Shown in pieces: positions 59,571-64,000 of a stretch of DNA of 64,000 nucleotides; position 1 is the first letter of the stretch, and each line of letters begins with the position of its first letter. The position numbers and the translations under genes are program-made. The notes beneath the pieces are model-generated. The model saw only the letters and a list, made by a program, of their open reading frames with translations. It was not told the origin of the DNA and did no database searches. The DNA is from Alphaproteobacteria bacterium (lineage in GTDB: Bacteria; Pseudomonadota; Alphaproteobacteria; UBA7887). The stretch lies in assembly GCA_965216755.1 (NCBI GenBank), contig CBDCGL010000011.1, forward strand, positions 1,184,001 through 1,248,000, given 5' to 3'.

Positions 59571-60338
59571 ATGGATCTCAAGACTTGCCATGCCGTCGTA
59601 ACGGGCGGCGCGTCTGGCTTAGGTGCCGCGACGGGAGCCGCAATCGTCGCGGCCGGCGGCAGAGCGACATTGCTTGACCGCGATGCCGAACATGGTCAGG
59701 CGGTGGCGGCGGAGCTTGGCGACGGAGCGCGTTTTCGACAGGCCGACGTCACTGACGAAGCCGATATCACACGGGCCATCGCTGAATCAATCGGGGCCTT
59801 TGGACCGCTGACCTTGGCCGTGAATTGCGCGGGGGTGGCGACGCCGGGACGGATCGTTGGCCGCGATGGACCGCTCGCTCTGGATACCTACAAAACGGTG
59901 ATCATGATCAATTTGATCGGAACATTCAACGTGCTCAAGGCGGCAGCGACCGTCATGCAGGGCAACGAGCCGGATCAGGAGGGCGGCCGGGGCGTGATTG
60001 TCAACACGGCTTCGGTCGCGGCCTACGAAGGTCAAATCGGCCAAGCAGCCTACGCATCTTCCAAGGGCGGCGTGGTCGGCCTAACTTTGCCGGCAGCACG
60101 GGAACTAGCCCGGTTCGGAATCCGCGTCGTCACCATTGCACCCGGCTTGTTCCTGACGCCGATGATGCGTGGCCTTCCGGAAGATGTGCAACAGTCTCTA
60201 GCGGCGGGAACGCCATTTCCGAAACGTTTGGGGACGTCGGAGGAGTATGCCGCGCTTGTCGAGACGATCTACACAAACGCTATGCTCAATGGCACCACCA
60301 TTCGCCTTGACGGCGCGGTCAGATTGGCTGAACGTTAG
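59571..60338 (+). CDS. SDR oxidoreductase, 3-hydroxyacyl-CoA dehydrogenase type II-like
   Basis: TGGASGLG, NTASVAAYEGQIGQAAYASSK, IRLDGAVR. Confidence 0.9.
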   Translation: MDLKTCHAVVTGGASGLGAATGAAIVAAGGRATLLDRDAEHGQAVAAELGDGARFRQADVTDEADITRAIAESIGAFGPLTLAVNCAGVATPGRIVGRDGPLALDTYKTVIMINLIGTFNVLKAAATVMQGNEPDQEGGRGVIVNTASVAAYEGQIGQAAYASSKGGVVGLTLPAARELARFGIRVVTIAPGLFLTPMMRGLPEDVQQSLAAGTPFPKRLGTSEEYAALVETIYTNAMLNGTTIRLDGAVRLAER

Positions 60339-60385
60339 CCGCCGTGGATGACATGGACGACTTAAGTTAGGCGGCGCCAGGGGAG

Positions 60386-61180
60386 TTGCGGGTTGCAGAC
60401 TCGGTTCTTTGCGAAACAAACGATGGCATCGCATACGTAACTTTTAACAAGCCAGACCGCATTAATGCATTCGATGCGGATATGGCGCGTGCGCTCCGTG
60501 AAGTCATGATGACAATCGAGTATGACTCGGAGGCACGCGCCGTCGTGCTGCGCGGATCCGGCGATGGTTTCATGGCCGGCGGCGATGTAAGCTCGTTTCA
60601 CGCACACCTTTCCCGCGATATCGAACGCTACATTGTAGAAATCACGCACGAACTTCACGCCGCGGTTATTTCACTACGGCGGATGCCAAAACCTGTTGTC
60701 GCCAGCGTCCATGGCGCGTGCGCCGGCGCTGGTTTTTCAATTGCAATGGCAAGCGATTTGGTCATTGCCGCCGATAATGCCGCTTTTACCGTCGCATACG
60801 CGCGCATCGGCGCCAGCCCTGACGGTTCATCGACTTTTTTCTTGCCGCGTCTCGTCGGCTTCCACAGGGCGATGGAATTGATCATGTTGAGCGATCGCTA
60901 TGATGCGGAGTTCATGCAATCGATAGGATTGATCAATTGGGTCGTTCCAATCGCAGAACTCGAAGCAGAGACGGAGAACATCGCATCGCGTCTCGCGAAT
61001 GGACCGACGGCCGCATTCGCAAGGTCGAAAGAGTTGATCGGCCGATCGTTGGCATCCAGTCTGGAATCGCAGCTTGACGCGGAGGCCCAGAGCATTTCGG
61101 CCAGCGGTACGTCGCAAGATTTTTCTGAGGGTGTTCGCGCATTTCTTGAGAAACGCCGACCTAACTTTGTCGGGCGCTAG
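60386..61180 (+). CDS. Enoyl-CoA hydratase/isomerase family protein
   Basis: FMAGGD, PKPVVASVHGACAGAG, IGASPDG, DFSEGVRAFLEKR. Confidence 0.9.
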   Translation: MRVADSVLCETNDGIAYVTFNKPDRINAFDADMARALREVMMTIEYDSEARAVVLRGSGDGFMAGGDVSSFHAHLSRDIERYIVEITHELHAAVISLRRMPKPVVASVHGACAGAGFSIAMASDLVIAADNAAFTVAYARIGASPDGSSTFFLPRLVGFHRAMELIMLSDRYDAEFMQSIGLINWVVPIAELEAETENIASRLANGPTAAFARSKELIGRSLASSLESQLDAEAQSISASGTSQDFSEGVRAFLEKRRPNFVGR

Positions 61181-61224
61181 AACCGTGTCCGACAATATTG
61201 AATCAATTCTGTTCGCGGCCCGGC
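61177..61224 (+). repeat. Truncated copy of the left end of the 42820-43119 MITE
   Basis: 45/48 identity to 42820-42867. Confidence 0.85.
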
Positions 61225-61261
61225 TTTTCAATCCAATTTTGGTGATGCGTGCGCAATGTGG

Positions 61262-61849
61262 TCACTCAGCGATTGGTTGGCGGATTGTGAAAGCGCCGCG
61301 TATATCCCCGACTGCGAACCCCCGGGCCAGATCGTTGGGATACAGTTCATCGATCGCCGCAGCCAAGTCGGGGGCGAGCTGTTGACCATGGCATGTTAGG
61401 CAAACAGACTGAGTTGGAATTGGTTTCATGTATCGAAATTCGGACTTGCCATCAACGTGAACGATTTCCGCTTTTTCTAGCGCCGAGATCTCGGCGCCGG
61501 CCGCAACTTGATCTTCGAAAGCCGTTAGCACCGACGTCTCCCACGCATCCGGCGCGTTGTCGGGATTGCGATATTTCAAACTCGTACGGCCCACCTGCCA
61601 TCCATGCGTGAGCGATATGTCGTTGGCAACGGCTGGTGCCGCCGTGTTGCAAACGCGAATAGCGTTGATAGGTCCGCCCTTGCCCATTGCGGACACAAGG
61701 TGTTCTTTCAGAGTTTCCGCGAACGCGCGTGCAACCGTTCGACTGGCCGCGATGCGTGATTCCAACTCGTCGCCCGCGTCGTCCGCCGCGGCGGCGGTGG
61801 CTCCAAGGGCCAGCCGAAACACCACAAAAAGACACAACAGATATTTCAT
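61262..61849 (-). CDS. Periplasmic c-type heme protein (DUF3365/Tll0287-like)
   Basis: Signal peptide; RTSLKYRNPDNAPD; CLTCHG; YPNDLARGF...RGAFT. Confidence 0.85.
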   Translation of the reverse strand: MKYLLCLFVVFRLALGATAAAADDAGDELESRIAASRTVARAFAETLKEHLVSAMGKGGPINAIRVCNTAAPAVANDISLTHGWQVGRTSLKYRNPDNAPDAWETSVLTAFEDQVAAGAEISALEKAEIVHVDGKSEFRYMKPIPTQSVCLTCHGQQLAPDLAAAIDELYPNDLARGFAVGDIRGAFTIRQPIAE

Positions 61850-61899
61850 ATCTTTTTCGCCCCCGCAGTCTTGGAAACAGACCTATCCAACGCTCCACT

Positions 61900-62964
61900 C
61901 TATGCCAAGCCGCGCGACACGACCAAATCCCACGCACATTCAGCATACGGTTTCGCTTTCAGACCGACCCTTCCTGCATCTTCGCTGCTGGCATTCCCTT
62001 GCACATACCGTGCATAGACGCCTTCGAGAATGGCTGCAATTCGGAACATTGAAAACACAATATAGAACGTCATGTCCATGACCGGTCGATTGGTCCGCCT
62101 GCAATAATCAGCAACATAACGATCTTGCTCGGGAATACCCATCGTCGCCAAATCCAGTCCTGCGATACCGTCGAAATCTTCCGGTTCCATATGATATGGC
62201 ATACAATTATATGCAAGATCGGCAAGCGGATGCCCAAGTGTGGAAAGCTCCCAATCGAATACGGCGATAACTCGCATTTCATTTGGCGCGAACATCATGT
62301 TACCAAGTCGATAATCGCCGTGCACGATCGTGGTTTCATCATCATCAGGAATGTGCGGCGGCAGCCATTCGATCAAGCGATCCATCGGCGCACTTTCGCT
62401 TTGCTTGGATGCCAAATACTGCTTGGTCCACCGGCCAACTTGCCGCGCGAAGTAATTACCCGGCCGGCCAAAATCCGCTAGACCGCAACCACGCCAATCG
62501 ACAAGATGCAGCCGCGCCAAAACGTCGTTCATGGCGTCATAGGCGGCGGTGCGCTCAGACCGCGACAGCCCGGGCAGGCCATTGTTGTGAAATACCCGCC
62601 CCTGCATCCGTTCCATGACATAAAACGGCGTACCAATGACCCCGGGATCGTCACAGAACAGCAACATGCGGGCAACGGGAACCCCGCTCTCACGAAGAGC
62701 GTGTTGCACGCGGTATTCTCTGTCGACGGCGTGCGCCGACGGCAACAACGCGCCCGGCGGCTTTTTACGCATGACAAATTCTTGGCCACCGGAATCGAGC
62801 TGAAAAGTGGGGTTCGACTGCCCTCCGCTCATCTGTCGTACGCGCAACGGCCCCCGAAAGTCGTCCAAACGGCTGGCCAAGTACTTTTCGAGCTGCGCCT
62901 CGTCAAAACGATGGGCGTCGCGAACGGGAATCAGTTCTTCAGAGTTGTCGGCGCGGTCGGCCAT
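61900..62964 (-). CDS. Phosphotransferase family protein (ACAD10/11 APH-like)
   Basis: GGQSNPT, LLPSAHAVDRE, VHGDYRLGN, DWELSTLGHPLAD. Confidence 0.9.
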   Translation of the reverse strand: MADRADNSEELIPVRDAHRFDEAQLEKYLASRLDDFRGPLRVRQMSGGQSNPTFQLDSGGQEFVMRKKPPGALLPSAHAVDREYRVQHALRESGVPVARMLLFCDDPGVIGTPFYVMERMQGRVFHNNGLPGLSRSERTAAYDAMNDVLARLHLVDWRGCGLADFGRPGNYFARQVGRWTKQYLASKQSESAPMDRLIEWLPPHIPDDDETTIVHGDYRLGNMMFAPNEMRVIAVFDWELSTLGHPLADLAYNCMPYHMEPEDFDGIAGLDLATMGIPEQDRYVADYCRRTNRPVMDMTFYIVFSMFRIAAILEGVYARYVQGNASSEDAGRVGLKAKPYAECAWDLVVSRGLA

Positions 62965-63072
62965 AGCCCGTTTTATACAACCACGCCGCACCTAGGCAAT
63001 ACCATGAGATTGAAAGTGTCGAACGGCGTCCCGTAAACGACGCCCGGGGGCCGTTATCTGACCTCGGCATAC

Positions 63073-63795
63073 CTAATTCGGCCATTGTGGCGGCGGCGGC
63101 CAATCTCCCACGATGACAAGAAGCATGGCCAAGTAGCGTTTCTTATCGACTCGGCCATTAACCCACAGACCATTGTCGGCCAAGAAGGCGCGCATTGCCG
63201 CTTCGGTGCGGGGGCCAAAAACGCCATCGACGAAACCGGGTTCGTATCCCAGGACTTGCAAGGCGCGCTGACCTTTCTCGACATCCGCGTCGGACAGGTC
63301 CGCCCACGGCCTAGTTCTTTTCGCGCGTCTGACCACTGGTTCGTTGGGACGCGGCGCCACCGCCGCGGGCGGGCGCACGGACTGCGGTTGCAAGGCCGCG
63401 ACAACCGTGCTTTTCGGCGCCAAGGTAGGCTCGGGTTTTTTCGTCGCGGGCGCCAACGTGGCCAGTGGCCCCGGTGTATCTAAGCGGTAGGCGGCACCTT
63501 GGATTCCGTTTGCAACCGCGCGCCGGTACCAGTTGAGGGCGCGCCTGTGGTCGCGTTTCACACCACGCCCCGCATGATAAAGAACGGCAAGGCTGTATTG
63601 GGCTGCCGGGTGTCCTTCCTCGGCGGCAGCTGAAAATGCGGCAAACGCCTCTTGATAGTCACCTCGGCCATATGCCTTTAGGCCGATTTCAAAAGGATCC
63701 GCATGCGCCGGCGACAGTGCCATTGAACTGAAGGTCGCCGCAAAGATAATGATTCCGGCAACGGCATAGCGCCCAACTCTTGCGACGCCGATCAT
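63073..63795 (-). CDS. Secreted Sel1-repeat and peptidoglycan-binding domain protein
   Basis: GHPAAQYSLAVLYHAGRGV; QRALQVLGYEPGFVDGVFGPRT; ATGA overlap with upstream gene. Confidence 0.8.
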   Translation of the reverse strand: MIGVARVGRYAVAGIIIFAATFSSMALSPAHADPFEIGLKAYGRGDYQEAFAAFSAAAEEGHPAAQYSLAVLYHAGRGVKRDHRRALNWYRRAVANGIQGAAYRLDTPGPLATLAPATKKPEPTLAPKSTVVAALQPQSVRPPAAVAPRPNEPVVRRAKRTRPWADLSDADVEKGQRALQVLGYEPGFVDGVFGPRTEAAMRAFLADNGLWVNGRVDKKRYLAMLLVIVGDWPPPPQWPN

Positions 63796-64000
63796 GGCAA
63801 TTCTGGCGCACGGGCGGCTGACACGGCGGCGTGAAAGCATGCCAGGAATTGCTCCGCCGTCGCGGGAATTCGCACCAGCCCAGCAACACCATACTGGGCA
63901 AGCACGTCGTTGATGGCCGCGTCGGGAAATGCACCGACAAGAACAATCGGAAGTGCGCCAATTGTGGGAAGCGCGCGCAAGCATTTCAAAGCGTCGGCAA
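63792..64000 (-). CDS. 3' end of a gene entering from beyond the window, possibly a receiver-like domain
   Basis: Open frame ...ALKCLRALPTIGALPIVLVG...GLVRIPATAEQF, stop overlapping next ATG. Confidence 0.45.
   Translation of the reverse strand, partial: ADALKCLRALPTIGALPIVLVGAFPDAAINDVLAQYGVAGLVRIPATAEQFLACFHAAVSAARAPELP

Overview
GC-rich alphaproteobacterial chromosome segment (ctrA-fliI-fliJ, cheA-W-Y-B-R, ldtR, ppdK-glyS-glyQ-ispB synteny; the order cannot be fixed from this window). The right two thirds are mostly housekeeping and catabolic genes. The main feature is a complete, divergent copper membrane monooxygenase (CuMMO; pMMO/AMO family) operon, xmoC-xmoA-xmoB (5776-8747), with intact CuB, CuC and CuD ligand motifs. 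It is followed by a PmoD/AmoD homologue, a membrane-anchored two-domain multicopper oxidase and a CusF-cupredoxin fusion. Its upstream region carries an FNR/FixK-like box and PhaR-like boxes and is shared with a divergent esterase gene. The XmoA signature matches neither canonical type II methanotroph PmoA nor AmoA as I recall them, and no hao or canonical methanol dehydrogenase is present here, so the substrate is open. Other notable items: a 33-bp-arm AT-rich palindrome beside an orphan RNA ligase gene; a kinase/non-canonical enolase/dehydrogenase operon; a PQQ beta-propeller protein lacking the usual catalytic Asp; a 300-bp CTAG-flanked MITE splitting glyQ from glyS, with a second truncated copy; and a doubly frameshifted MetE-like gene. 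No rRNA, tRNA or CRISPR array was seen. All product calls are from motif recognition only; no database searches were run.
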